Shown piece by piece: positions 20,343-29,826 of a DNA stretch of 64,000 nucleotides. Below the pieces are notes generated by a model, which did not search any database, was not told where the DNA came from, and worked only from the letters and a program-made list of their open reading frames with translations. The DNA is from a virus. Its lineage: Duplodnaviria > Caudoviricetes. The position numbers and the translations under genes are program-made. The stretch covers positions 128,001 to 192,000 of the IMG/VR virus record IMGVR_UViG_3300020576_005257. One strand, 5' to 3'. Position 1 is the first letter of the stretch. Every line of letters starts with the position of its first letter.

Positions 20343-21030
20343 ATTTGTACAAGTTATACTTCCTCATAATACTAATAAGCAAATTAGCATATGCTGGATC
20401 AGTCGCATATCCCGCCTTTACTAATGCCCTAGCCACATCATCTGGATTATTTAAAGTACCAATTCCTTGTTTTCTATACCTTGGTCCAGCAAGAAATTTA
20501 CCATGATCTAATACAGACTCAGACCAATTATGGTAGACCTTAAAATTCGCATTGACTCTAACTTTTCTTCCTCCATAATATTCGTTGGTTGGCATAGATA
20601 CTGTACCTGCTGGTCCAGTTCCTTTAATTCCAAACAAATTATTGTATTTAGAAGCAAGCCCACTTAATTTACCTGCTGCCCCACTTTCTAAAATAGCTTG
20701 AGCTAGAGTAATAGCTATGGGTATCCCATATTTACCTTGTGTATCCCTGGCACCATCTTGAATTTTGGATATGAATTCTTCAATATTTTTTGGTGGGGGT
20801 TCTCTGTTTACTGGTCCATTATTATCAGTAGACTGAGAGTTTTTACCAAACACAGAATCAACAACCCCACCAACCGCATCTAACCAGCCACCATTAGTTG
20901 GACCGTAGGGTAAAGTAGAACCAAAATCCAAATTAGCTCTTTGCTGTTCAACATATCTACTGAGACTCTCTTGTAGACTTTCAGCATCCTTGCCTAAATT
21001 TGAGGAATAAAGTGGATCGTTGTTATTCAT
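20335..21030 (-). CDS. GH73 glucosaminidase (FlgJ-like) with shared N-terminal tag
   Basis: AQAILESG (catalytic Glu), NNLFGIKG, GYATDPAY. Confidence 0.92.
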   Translation of the reverse strand: MNNNDPLYSSNLGKDAESLQESLSRYVEQQRANLDFGSTLPYGPTNGGWLDAVGGVVDSVFGKNSQSTDNNGPVNREPPPKNIEEFISKIQDGARDTQGKYGIPIAITLAQAILESGAAGKLSGLASKYNNLFGIKGTGPAGTVSMPTNEYYGGRKVRVNANFKVYHNWSESVLDHGKFLAGPRYRKQGIGTLNNPDDVARALVKAGYATDPAYANLLISIMRKYNLYKYG

Positions 21031-24000
21031 TTAAGTTCTCGGGTTGTGCTATTTTCTTCAAATAGGCACTATCAATTTCAGTGTTTCCATATTCAGGAGA
21101 ATCAATACCAAGGGCGGCACCAACAACCATAGCAGCAGTAACTAATGGACCCTCACCTTTACCACCAAGCCAGCCCTCCAGCAGTTTATCAAAGTAAGAA
21201 ATATCATCGCCAACCACAGCACCCTGATGGCCTCTAAGACCAGCCGTGTATGGAATAGAGGTTCCCATAGAGTCTCTAGTTCTCAGAGGAATCACTGTAA
21301 CACACTGTCTTGCCCTAAGCCATAAGTTAGTAGCTGTAATGACGCCACCTCCAATAGTAAATCTATAAACCTCAAACATTACTTTCAATACAACTTGAGG
21401 ACCAAGAATGGAGGCGACAGATGCAGTTTTCTCAATAGCATTAGCCATTTTCTTTGCTGCACGAGCAGCTGTAGCAAGTTTTCTCGCTTCTATAGCATCC
21501 TCCGCAAGCTCAGCACTCTGCTTTAGCTTGTTTTCCATTTTTTTAAGTTTCTCCACTAACTTAATTGAAGAAGATGGTAACTTATAATCTTCGGCTGCTT
21601 TAGCTGCTTCAGAGGCAGCTTTAACAGTTGCTGAGTCTATTTTAGCATAATCAGGATAGGTGTCATTTTTAATAGTTTGAAGGAACTTATTTAATTCTGC
21701 TCTTTCATACTCAGTATCAACAAGACCATCTAACTTAGCTTGAAGCTTAGAATCAAGTTCTCTAATCTCATCAGCCAGTTTATTGATTTCATTAATATCA
21801 GTGGTACTGGAAGATTTGGTAATAGCGACCTTTTTATCTATTTCTTTTCTAAGCTTTTTAATTTGTTTTAGGTCATTCTTTATAGATTTCTCCATTCTTT
21901 TTCTAATGGGATCTATTTGCTTATTAATAAACTCAATAGCTTTTTTGTCAGCAAGAGTATGGATAGTTTGTGGGTCAACCGTATCTCCAAGTTCTTTAGA
22001 TAGGGCTTGATAGATCTTAGCATGATACTGTTGAGACTCTAGAACAACTTTTGCTATGTCTTTTCCATCATCAGAAAGTAATCCTAAAGCTGGAATTTCT
22101 AAGTTTAAATCTCTAGCTCTTCTTAATATCTCTGGTAGATTGGTGTTGCTTGAATCTAAAAGAATCTTTCTTAAATTAAGGAGATTTTTCCTTTCTTGAG
22201 AGATAGTAAATGGTCCACTAACAATAGAGTTTTGTTTTAACTTTTCATCAATTAAAAACAGTAATCTATCTTTTATGTCGGTTACACTGTGATCATAAAA
22301 AGAATGAATATTAGATTGTTTAATTGCATCTATAGTTTTATTTAGTTCAGCAATTCTACGATTAAATGGAGAGCCTAATCTGTTCTTTAAATAAGCTCCA
22401 GTCATAGTAGTCAAACCCCTGCCCACTACATACTGCCCTAATTTACCCATAGGCCCAACTGAGAGAGATGTAATTAATTTACTTCCTTGAGGACTTAAAT
22501 GAGGCAAAGCCACACATTCTGGGTTAATCATGGTACAGAATCCTCTTTCAAAATCAAGAGAATGGGTGACTGAACTAACAAAGACTGGACCTTCCAAACT
22601 ATTAATCATATCGTTTAGAAGAATAAGATCATTAGGTTTAATAGACGATTGTCCCTGTATGGTGATTAGTCCACCATACATAGTTCTCACACTATCACAA
22701 AGAGCAGTAACCACTGAATTTTCAACAGCAGGGGTATCTGGGATTCCTTTAATAGATTCTCCCACAACTGGAGTAAACCCACCCACAAAGTCTCTGAATG
22801 ATTCGTAATAACCCTTCTGAGCAGCAGTTACATACAACCCAGTATCCACCAAAAGCGTCCTTCTCTCAGAGTCTTGAATATCATCATCAACTGAGAATGA
22901 AATAGTTTTAGCTAAGGTGTCTTTAGAAAATACACCATTGAAAACATTTTGGCCCATCGCATCGGTGTACAGATGTGATGTATCCAAGGAGATAGAATTA
23001 TTTATTAAGTTTAATCCAGTAACAGCTGGCCATACTTGCATATAACTCTTGTACTTAAGATATTTTACATAGTTTTGTACGTCTCTGAGTAATATTGGAT
23101 CATTGCCACTTATTTCTAAGCTAGCAGTTTTATTTTGAAGGTCGGTACTAAGTTGCTCAAAACCAACCTCCTCACCAGGTCTTACTATGACGCTCTTGTT
23201 TTGTGGGTCATTATAAAAAGTAAATCTTTTTGCTAGCTGTTTAGCAGTTTCAAGCTCCGCTCCAGCAAGTATTCTTAGAGTTACTAGGCCTGGGTTAGAT
23301 GTAATATCTCGTTCAGTTGCACCTAATGAATAACCAATTTCTGCATGATAAAATCTGTTGTCCTCAGACATAGATTTTACATACACCCAAGTTCTCTTAT
23401 AAGATTCTCCCCTAGTGCTTGGGGTTGGAAAAACTTCTACAATTTGATCATTAAACCCAGTTTCTTTCAACCAAAACTGTACAATAGGATCCAATTTGGA
23501 GTAAACGTTTTCTACTTTTTCTTTTGTTGTAGGTGATGGTTTTCTATTATATAGAAATGGAGTAGATTTAGTTTCTTTCTTTTCTCCAGAAAACTTTAAG
23601 ATTGATGGATCATAGGCATAGTTAAACGGATACCACCATCTACCAAAGAACAAGGTAGAACGAGTATGGAAGGGTTCAACACTGGTAACAGTATCCATAA
23701 CAGCCATACGACAAACTTGAGCTGTCCTCCAGGTTGTAGCTTCTTTTACTGACACTGATATAAGAGTCTTTTGATCCCAATTATAGATAGCATTTTTGTT
23801 GAAAATCTGATTAGAGAAATCAAATTGTTGCTCCATCGCACCTTTACATGAACCATACATATTCATGTAAAGTTCTGGAATATGGTAAGAACCATTGCTA
23901 AAATAAATATCACCAAAATGAGGGCAAGGGTGTGTCTTCCCAAATCTTCCAGCAGAAACAGCAGCAAGCAACATATTACCAGGAACCATAGTTTGTGCCA

Positions 24001-27000
24001 CTATATAAGAAGGCTCTGTACCTGTTCCTATGATGCCTTTAGAGCTTTGATAGGCCATACCGCCATCAACAGTTTTCTGAACTGAACTAGTGAGTGGTTT
24101 ATTAAGCTCCCAACCATCTCCCTCAGCGACAATAGTTACACTACCGTTGTCCACAGGCACCTCAACCACTCTACCATTAAACACAGTAGGAAGCATGTGG
24201 GCTCCTGAGCCATATCCAAGTCTGACTTGAATTCTAGCACCAGGACTAAGTGCGAGTTGTTGTAAATGGTTGTTTTGCCATAAATTTAAAAGATCTTTAC
24301 TAGGAATTTTAGCGATTAAATTATTCCAAAGCTTCCCAGCAAAATCCTTTATCCCATCAGCAAATGCTAGTGATCTTTGTTGTTGGTTATTAATATCCTC
24401 AGCTATGTGTTGACGTAATGCTTCCATCTGGGAATATCTAGTCAACGCAGTAAACATATTGGAGAAAGTGATGTATGCTTTGTGTGCTGGGTCAGTTTTG
24501 GTTTTAAAGATTTGGATGTTAGTAATTCCGCCTCTGGTATAGAATTGATCCCAAAGCTTGATTCCACCCTCTTTATAGTAAAACCCTTCATTTATGATAA
24601 TAACACTATAAGTAGGATAAGCTTGAACCATTCGACCCCAAGCTCCATACTTTCTAGCATCTAACATAGCACTATAAACTGCATTTTCTGTGTGAGGAGT
24701 AAGACCAAAATCTACTTTTATTCTAATCAAAGCAGCTTCTTCTGCATTTAGATTAGGATCATTAGCTAGCTTAGCTCCAAATGATAGTCTAGAAACTTCA
24801 CCTCTTCCAACATCAATTCTAACTCTTTCTCCACTAGGAGAATAGCTGGTTGATACGTTTGAAACATTAATACCTACATCTAAAACTATATAAGCATTAA
24901 ATGGGCTAAATAGAAAGTCTCTTTGGGCACTGGTAGAAGCATGAATATGAGAACCTAGTACTCTGGAAATCTCAATATATGCAGTCCAGTAATCATCTAT
25001 GATAACTTTAATTTGTGTGGCAACAGAAGCAAAGAAAGTATTTACTGCGTTCTTTGCTGCTTCTCCATATCTGGAAGTAGATAATCTTGCTTGAACAGTT
25101 TTAAAAGCTGCTAAAAGATTTTCATCAAAATCAGCACTAACCCAATGTTTTTCTCTACCTTTACTAGTTAGTTCAATATGAGTTGCAGTTAGGGCAAGGG
25201 TGGGTATATTATTAAATCTCTTTAAATATTTGGCATAAGTAGCAAAAACTACTTCCACACAGTCCTTGAAGTTTGCACTAGAAGGAACTACTTCTGTATT
25301 AAGTTGCAGCCAACCAGCATCACCAGAATCTGGTCTAATATTCTCCAACCCAAAACCTGTTCTTCTTAAACAAAAAGCTCTTATAATATGCGGGTCTACT
25401 TTGTACTTAGCTCCTAGCTCGTCAAACATACTCATAGAAGCAATCATAGCTTCAGTAGCACTGTTACCAGCAGGAACATAAAATCCATCAGTAGTAGGTT
25501 TATTGATTTTAGCTTGAAAACCTGCTGCTGCTATAGCTGTTTTCTGATAAAAAGAAATCTTATTAGAAGACTGATACGGACCAAAATTAGCAAAAGTTCC
25601 TTTAACTTTGTTAAAAGTATCCTTTCTAACTAAATCTAAAATCCCATTCCAACCCACTTGGGTATCGGAAGCATTCTCTTCTTTCCTAGAAAACCACCAA
25701 GATAAGTAAACATAATCTTCTGGGAGAGTTTTCAACACCTCAAACGAAGGTACATCCAAACCAAGAAATTTAACAAGATCTCTTTCCAGTTCAAAAACAC
25801 CCTCAAATGGAGTATTGACACCATATGCAATAGATCTAGATCCTAATTCTACTGGAACCAAAAAGGCTCTAGAATCTAAGTTATTCTGGAAAGTCCAACC
25901 CCACCCACCACGATTATATAGATCATAATGTGCGGAGCCATTAGCCCAACCCAACGCAGCAGCTTCTTTAAGCTTCTGAATTCTCCACTGAAAATTCATG
26001 AAATCATTTCTAATTTCTGGAGCTAAGGTTAAAGCATCATTTGCTGAATCTTCACTGCCATTTGTTCCAACAGTTAAGAGGGAGGCACTATTTTCCTCTC
26101 CTTTAAGATATTCAGGAACGTCACCAGCAAATCCTTTAAGAGAGTCTGATTGAGTGGTTCTTTGTTTCCACCAAGCACCTATGGTTGCATCCATAGCTTC
26201 GGAAGCAGATTTAGCAGCTCTAATACCAGCATCTTTATTTTCTACTGGAAAAGTTCTATTGTTGGCAGCATCCGTAAGTTCGTTATCAATGTCATTAATA
26301 CCAGAACCAATATATCCGGGTTTATGTACAGTGTATGCATTAAACAGAGGATCAAATTCTCTATAAAGCGTAGCTTTACTAGGATCTTTGATTTCGCCTG
26401 GTGTAAAGTCTTTTTGCCTTTCTCCATACTCACTAGCAGCTGCTTTGTCAATCAACGCCCCCCATAAGGTATCTACATCATAACAATAATAAAAATCTGG
26501 ATCCACCCAACTACCACTCAAAGCAAATGTACTTAAATCTGTTTTGGGTAATGGTTTGAATTGAGCTATTTTTGATCTACAATATTTATGTTGTAGAAAA
26601 TCCTCACAAATATCTAGAAGCTCTAAATCACTTGGTAACCTTTCCGTAAGTTTTGGCTTCTTCGCTTCTCGATTTTGAGCCTCCTCCGCAAGTAAAGTAA
26701 TCCAGTAATCAAGCTCTGCTTTAGTGGGAAGGCTCTTATCAGCCATAATTTCCTGACTAGCAAGAGAATACTGCAAGGAAAAATATTCCTCAGCCTTAGC
26801 TACTAGAGGATCAGTTTCATTGGGACTTGGGTCTTGGAAATTAATTAACTTACCCTGACTATCTAAAGTAGTTGGAAGGAATTTAATTCTTTCAGCAGCC
26901 TGAGTTTTAGGGTTGTATTCTAAGAACTCAAATTCAAAATCCCAAACGTGTGGTTGTTCTTGTACTGAATTAATGCTTAAAGTTAAAGGCATTACAAAAT

Positions 27001-29074
27001 CTACGCCTAATAACTGGAAGATCTCATTTTGAACTTGCAGAAACGGAGTAGAATCGTATTTAGAGTTTACACCCCCACCATATGGGGTGTTGGTCATTTT
27101 GATACATCTTTGATCAAACTCTTGTTTAATGAATTCTAATTTCTTCTTAGCATCACGACTAAAACATTTTCCTCTAACTGTAATCTTACTACTTCCACCA
27201 CCTAAAGATTGATGAATAGGTAAAGATATCCCCTCAACTTGAATGGGGACCACATTATTTATTCTGGTGCCAGAAACAGTCTCAATGACAATATCTTCGT
27301 CTTGACTAAAACCACAGCTTATAATGGGAACTGTACGTTGGCTTTCTTGGCTAAGTAAATCTAAATAAGCTTGTCGTTCAGGATTATAAACAGTTTTTCG
27401 TTTTTCAGATTCAGTTTTAAGTAAAGCTGAGACCATAGGAATTAAAGTAGTCTCAGTTTGACCATTAACTGAAAGGGCTACACCAAAATATTCCCAAGGA
27501 GCAGCGATAGCTGCTTTCTTGTCATCCTCAGTGGCTTTGTTAATTGAACGTGCGCTAGCAGAAATCTTATTATCATAATAATTTCCGATAGCTGTATTTC
27601 TAACTCCACTTAGTTTAGATATGGCTAAGAAAGAATAGTTACCCCAATCTTCTCTAGCTACCGAGGAGACAAAACCCAAATCTTGGGTTGCTTCACTAGC
27701 TGCTCTTGTAACATCAAAATTCCCACTTTCTGGAAGATACTTACCGTTGTCATCAACAAAGTTGTGAGATTTATATATTGACCAATCGGCAAGACCTATG
27801 TATGCAGGGGAAGCTGCTAGTTTCTCAAAAGCTTCTTTAGAAGAAACTTTTAAAACAAAAACTTTTTCACCATCTTTAATATAAGCTGATGTAACTCTTT
27901 TAATATTGGGAGTTAGAATTTCATCTTCTTTGGTGAGAGTATTACTATTGTGTTGGACTATATCAAGAAGATTCTTAAAAGTAGTATAATCTTTTGAGGT
28001 ATCTATGCTCTTAAAGTCTTCTGCTAAATTCTCAATACTGTTAACAACTTCTTGCGAAGGTAAACTTAATACAAACTTTCCATTAAGAGGTCTGGATGGA
28101 GCATTATTGTAAATAGATTTACCACGAGTCTTAGTCCACATTTTAACTAAGGGCCAACAAATTACGTCGTCCATAGTTATTTGTAACCCATCTTCAACAT
28201 GCTTATTAAGGGTTTGAGGACAAAACCAACTAAATAAGAACGGACTTAAACTAAGATCAACAGCTACAGCAGAGGGCATACCAGGTATGGTGCTGATTTG
28301 TATGCTTTGAACCACGAATTCATGGAAAGGAATATCTCCAGCCCCTGGACGTTCTCCAAAAGGCCCACCCTCACAATAAACAAAAGGATCTAGAAGTATT
28401 TGTTCAATTACTTCTTGTACAGAGTTTTTAATATCAGTACTATTTGTAGCAACATAAGATAAATCGTAGGTTTGGTAGGAGAAACCAGTTCCTCGTTTAA
28501 TGGTACTAGATTCTCTTATAGTTGGCTGTTCTTCAATATAACTAGTTCTTTGTTGACTAATGTGCTGGATAGGGGAATCAAAAACAGCATAGCCAATTCT
28601 AGTAGTAGAGGAGCCTGGAACTCTAATAGTTGGAACAGGAACAAAACGCTCATCCTCAGCTTTCCCTGGCCAATCAGCTGGCGCAAAAGTAGAATTAACA
28701 TCTTCCTCATTCACACTGCTACTATCAGTAATGAATATAACTTTACTAGGGGTTGCGTTTAAATCAACTGTATACCACTTGGAACCAGAGCCACTTTTAG
28801 TTGAAAACTCTACAGGAGCCTTAGTTTTTAAAAGTTGCTTAATTTGATTAGACAACTTCCCAGCATCTAAATCCATCCCATTGATTAAGTTAGTAGGAAC
28901 TAAAGCTTTAAGCAGATATTCTGCTTGAGATCGGCTAATAACAATCTGAACTATGTCTTTCTCAGTTTGTACTAAGGCAACATAAGAACCCTCAGACGAA
29001 GAGGATTTACTTACATCAAGAACAACACCCTTAATATTGTTGCTCATAGCAGAGAAAAATCTGGTTCCTATCAT
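21023..29074 (-). CDS. Giant baseplate hub / tail-tip protein with degenerate SLT-like domain
   Basis: 2683 aa; hub signatures PGARIQVRLGYG...FNGRVVEV and GLITIQGQSSIKPND...VTHSLD..RGF; SLT-like segment at ~25175-25435; C-terminal coiled coil and hydrophobic helices. Confidence 0.7.
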   Translation of the reverse strand: MIGTRFFSAMSNNIKGVVLDVSKSSSSEGSYVALVQTEKDIVQIVISRSQAEYLLKALVPTNLINGMDLDAGKLSNQIKQLLKTKAPVEFSTKSGSGSKWYTVDLNATPSKVIFITDSSSVNEEDVNSTFAPADWPGKAEDERFVPVPTIRVPGSSTTRIGYAVFDSPIQHISQQRTSYIEEQPTIRESSTIKRGTGFSYQTYDLSYVATNSTDIKNSVQEVIEQILLDPFVYCEGGPFGERPGAGDIPFHEFVVQSIQISTIPGMPSAVAVDLSLSPFLFSWFCPQTLNKHVEDGLQITMDDVICWPLVKMWTKTRGKSIYNNAPSRPLNGKFVLSLPSQEVVNSIENLAEDFKSIDTSKDYTTFKNLLDIVQHNSNTLTKEDEILTPNIKRVTSAYIKDGEKVFVLKVSSKEAFEKLAASPAYIGLADWSIYKSHNFVDDNGKYLPESGNFDVTRAASEATQDLGFVSSVAREDWGNYSFLAISKLSGVRNTAIGNYYDNKISASARSINKATEDDKKAAIAAPWEYFGVALSVNGQTETTLIPMVSALLKTESEKRKTVYNPERQAYLDLLSQESQRTVPIISCGFSQDEDIVIETVSGTRINNVVPIQVEGISLPIHQSLGGGSSKITVRGKCFSRDAKKKLEFIKQEFDQRCIKMTNTPYGGGVNSKYDSTPFLQVQNEIFQLLGVDFVMPLTLSINSVQEQPHVWDFEFEFLEYNPKTQAAERIKFLPTTLDSQGKLINFQDPSPNETDPLVAKAEEYFSLQYSLASQEIMADKSLPTKAELDYWITLLAEEAQNREAKKPKLTERLPSDLELLDICEDFLQHKYCRSKIAQFKPLPKTDLSTFALSGSWVDPDFYYCYDVDTLWGALIDKAAASEYGERQKDFTPGEIKDPSKATLYREFDPLFNAYTVHKPGYIGSGINDIDNELTDAANNRTFPVENKDAGIRAAKSASEAMDATIGAWWKQRTTQSDSLKGFAGDVPEYLKGEENSASLLTVGTNGSEDSANDALTLAPEIRNDFMNFQWRIQKLKEAAALGWANGSAHYDLYNRGGWGWTFQNNLDSRAFLVPVELGSRSIAYGVNTPFEGVFELERDLVKFLGLDVPSFEVLKTLPEDYVYLSWWFSRKEENASDTQVGWNGILDLVRKDTFNKVKGTFANFGPYQSSNKISFYQKTAIAAAGFQAKINKPTTDGFYVPAGNSATEAMIASMSMFDELGAKYKVDPHIIRAFCLRRTGFGLENIRPDSGDAGWLQLNTEVVPSSANFKDCVEVVFATYAKYLKRFNNIPTLALTATHIELTSKGREKHWVSADFDENLLAAFKTVQARLSTSRYGEAAKNAVNTFFASVATQIKVIIDDYWTAYIEISRVLGSHIHASTSAQRDFLFSPFNAYIVLDVGINVSNVSTSYSPSGERVRIDVGRGEVSRLSFGAKLANDPNLNAEEAALIRIKVDFGLTPHTENAVYSAMLDARKYGAWGRMVQAYPTYSVIIINEGFYYKEGGIKLWDQFYTRGGITNIQIFKTKTDPAHKAYITFSNMFTALTRYSQMEALRQHIAEDINNQQQRSLAFADGIKDFAGKLWNNLIAKIPSKDLLNLWQNNHLQQLALSPGARIQVRLGYGSGAHMLPTVFNGRVVEVPVDNGSVTIVAEGDGWELNKPLTSSVQKTVDGGMAYQSSKGIIGTGTEPSYIVAQTMVPGNMLLAAVSAGRFGKTHPCPHFGDIYFSNGSYHIPELYMNMYGSCKGAMEQQFDFSNQIFNKNAIYNWDQKTLISVSVKEATTWRTAQVCRMAVMDTVTSVEPFHTRSTLFFGRWWYPFNYAYDPSILKFSGEKKETKSTPFLYNRKPSPTTKEKVENVYSKLDPIVQFWLKETGFNDQIVEVFPTPSTRGESYKRTWVYVKSMSEDNRFYHAEIGYSLGATERDITSNPGLVTLRILAGAELETAKQLAKRFTFYNDPQNKSVIVRPGEEVGFEQLSTDLQNKTASLEISGNDPILLRDVQNYVKYLKYKSYMQVWPAVTGLNLINNSISLDTSHLYTDAMGQNVFNGVFSKDTLAKTISFSVDDDIQDSERRTLLVDTGLYVTAAQKGYYESFRDFVGGFTPVVGESIKGIPDTPAVENSVVTALCDSVRTMYGGLITIQGQSSIKPNDLILLNDMINSLEGPVFVSSVTHSLDFERGFCTMINPECVALPHLSPQGSKLITSLSVGPMGKLGQYVVGRGLTTMTGAYLKNRLGSPFNRRIAELNKTIDAIKQSNIHSFYDHSVTDIKDRLLFLIDEKLKQNSIVSGPFTISQERKNLLNLRKILLDSSNTNLPEILRRARDLNLEIPALGLLSDDGKDIAKVVLESQQYHAKIYQALSKELGDTVDPQTIHTLADKKAIEFINKQIDPIRKRMEKSIKNDLKQIKKLRKEIDKKVAITKSSSTTDINEINKLADEIRELDSKLQAKLDGLVDTEYERAELNKFLQTIKNDTYPDYAKIDSATVKAASEAAKAAEDYKLPSSSIKLVEKLKKMENKLKQSAELAEDAIEARKLATAARAAKKMANAIEKTASVASILGPQVVLKVMFEVYRFTIGGGVITATNLWLRARQCVTVIPLRTRDSMGTSIPYTAGLRGHQGAVVGDDISYFDKLLEGWLGGKGEGPLVTAAMVVGAALGIDSPEYGNTEIDSAYLKKIAQPENLNE

Positions 29075-29100
29075 ATTGTGTTCCGTTAATTTAGTGTTGT

Positions 29101-29826
29101 CTAACGTTCTATTACGTGGGTTCTCATATTAACCCCCGTATGTGTGACGTTTGGATCTTGTTGTGCGTAAGATCCACCCATTTCTCTTCTGCCTTCCGTA
29201 TCTCCTGCCGAATTGTCTGTTCCCTGATTAGCTACAAGTCCTTGAGCTTGTTTGACTATTTTAGAACCCTTAATTGTTGCCCTTAAAGTTAAGGTATGTG
29301 CAAAGGGAACAGCACCAGCAGCAACCAAGGTAGGAGCCAACTCATCTAGCATTATCTTACCTAGCAAAGGTTGTTTAGCTATGACTTTTGCGTAACTAGC
29401 CTCTATACCAGAAACAAATCTACCAGTAGTTTTCCCATTAAGTAATAGAGAAATAAATTTACCTTGATTTCTCTTAGTACCTACATATGCTAAAAGTCCC
29501 GCAGCCCCAGCAATAGTATTTTGTACTACGCTTGAAGTAACGTCTCTTCCTTTGTCAATATCAGAAAGAGTGTTGGCAACTAAACCCCCACCGAAAAACA
29601 CCCCCATTCTGACATGTTCAGTTTTACCTTTAAAAGCAAAAGATGAGGCTACGGAACTGGCCCCAGCAACCAAAGCAATTTTTCTACTTCTATCAATACT
29701 GTCTTGATCAGCTTGAGGTAAACCAAAGAATCCAGCAACCTTTGGTCCTAAAGGACTTGCCATACTTGCTAGTAAGGCTGAGCCAACAATTCCACCAACT
29801 ACCCCAGCTTTATTTAGATCAATCAT
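29101..29826 (-). CDS. Hydrophobic Gly/Ala-rich virion protein (possible membrane/ejection component)
   Basis: 241 aa with several Gly-zipper-like hydrophobic helices; coupled by TAATG to the 1568-aa gene. Confidence 0.45.
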   Translation of the reverse strand: MIDLNKAGVVGGIVGSALLASMASPLGPKVAGFFGLPQADQDSIDRSRKIALVAGASSVASSFAFKGKTEHVRMGVFFGGGLVANTLSDIDKGRDVTSSVVQNTIAGAAGLLAYVGTKRNQGKFISLLLNGKTTGRFVSGIEASYAKVIAKQPLLGKIMLDELAPTLVAAGAVPFAHTLTLRATIKGSKIVKQAQGLVANQGTDNSAGDTEGRREMGGSYAQQDPNVTHTGVNMRTHVIER

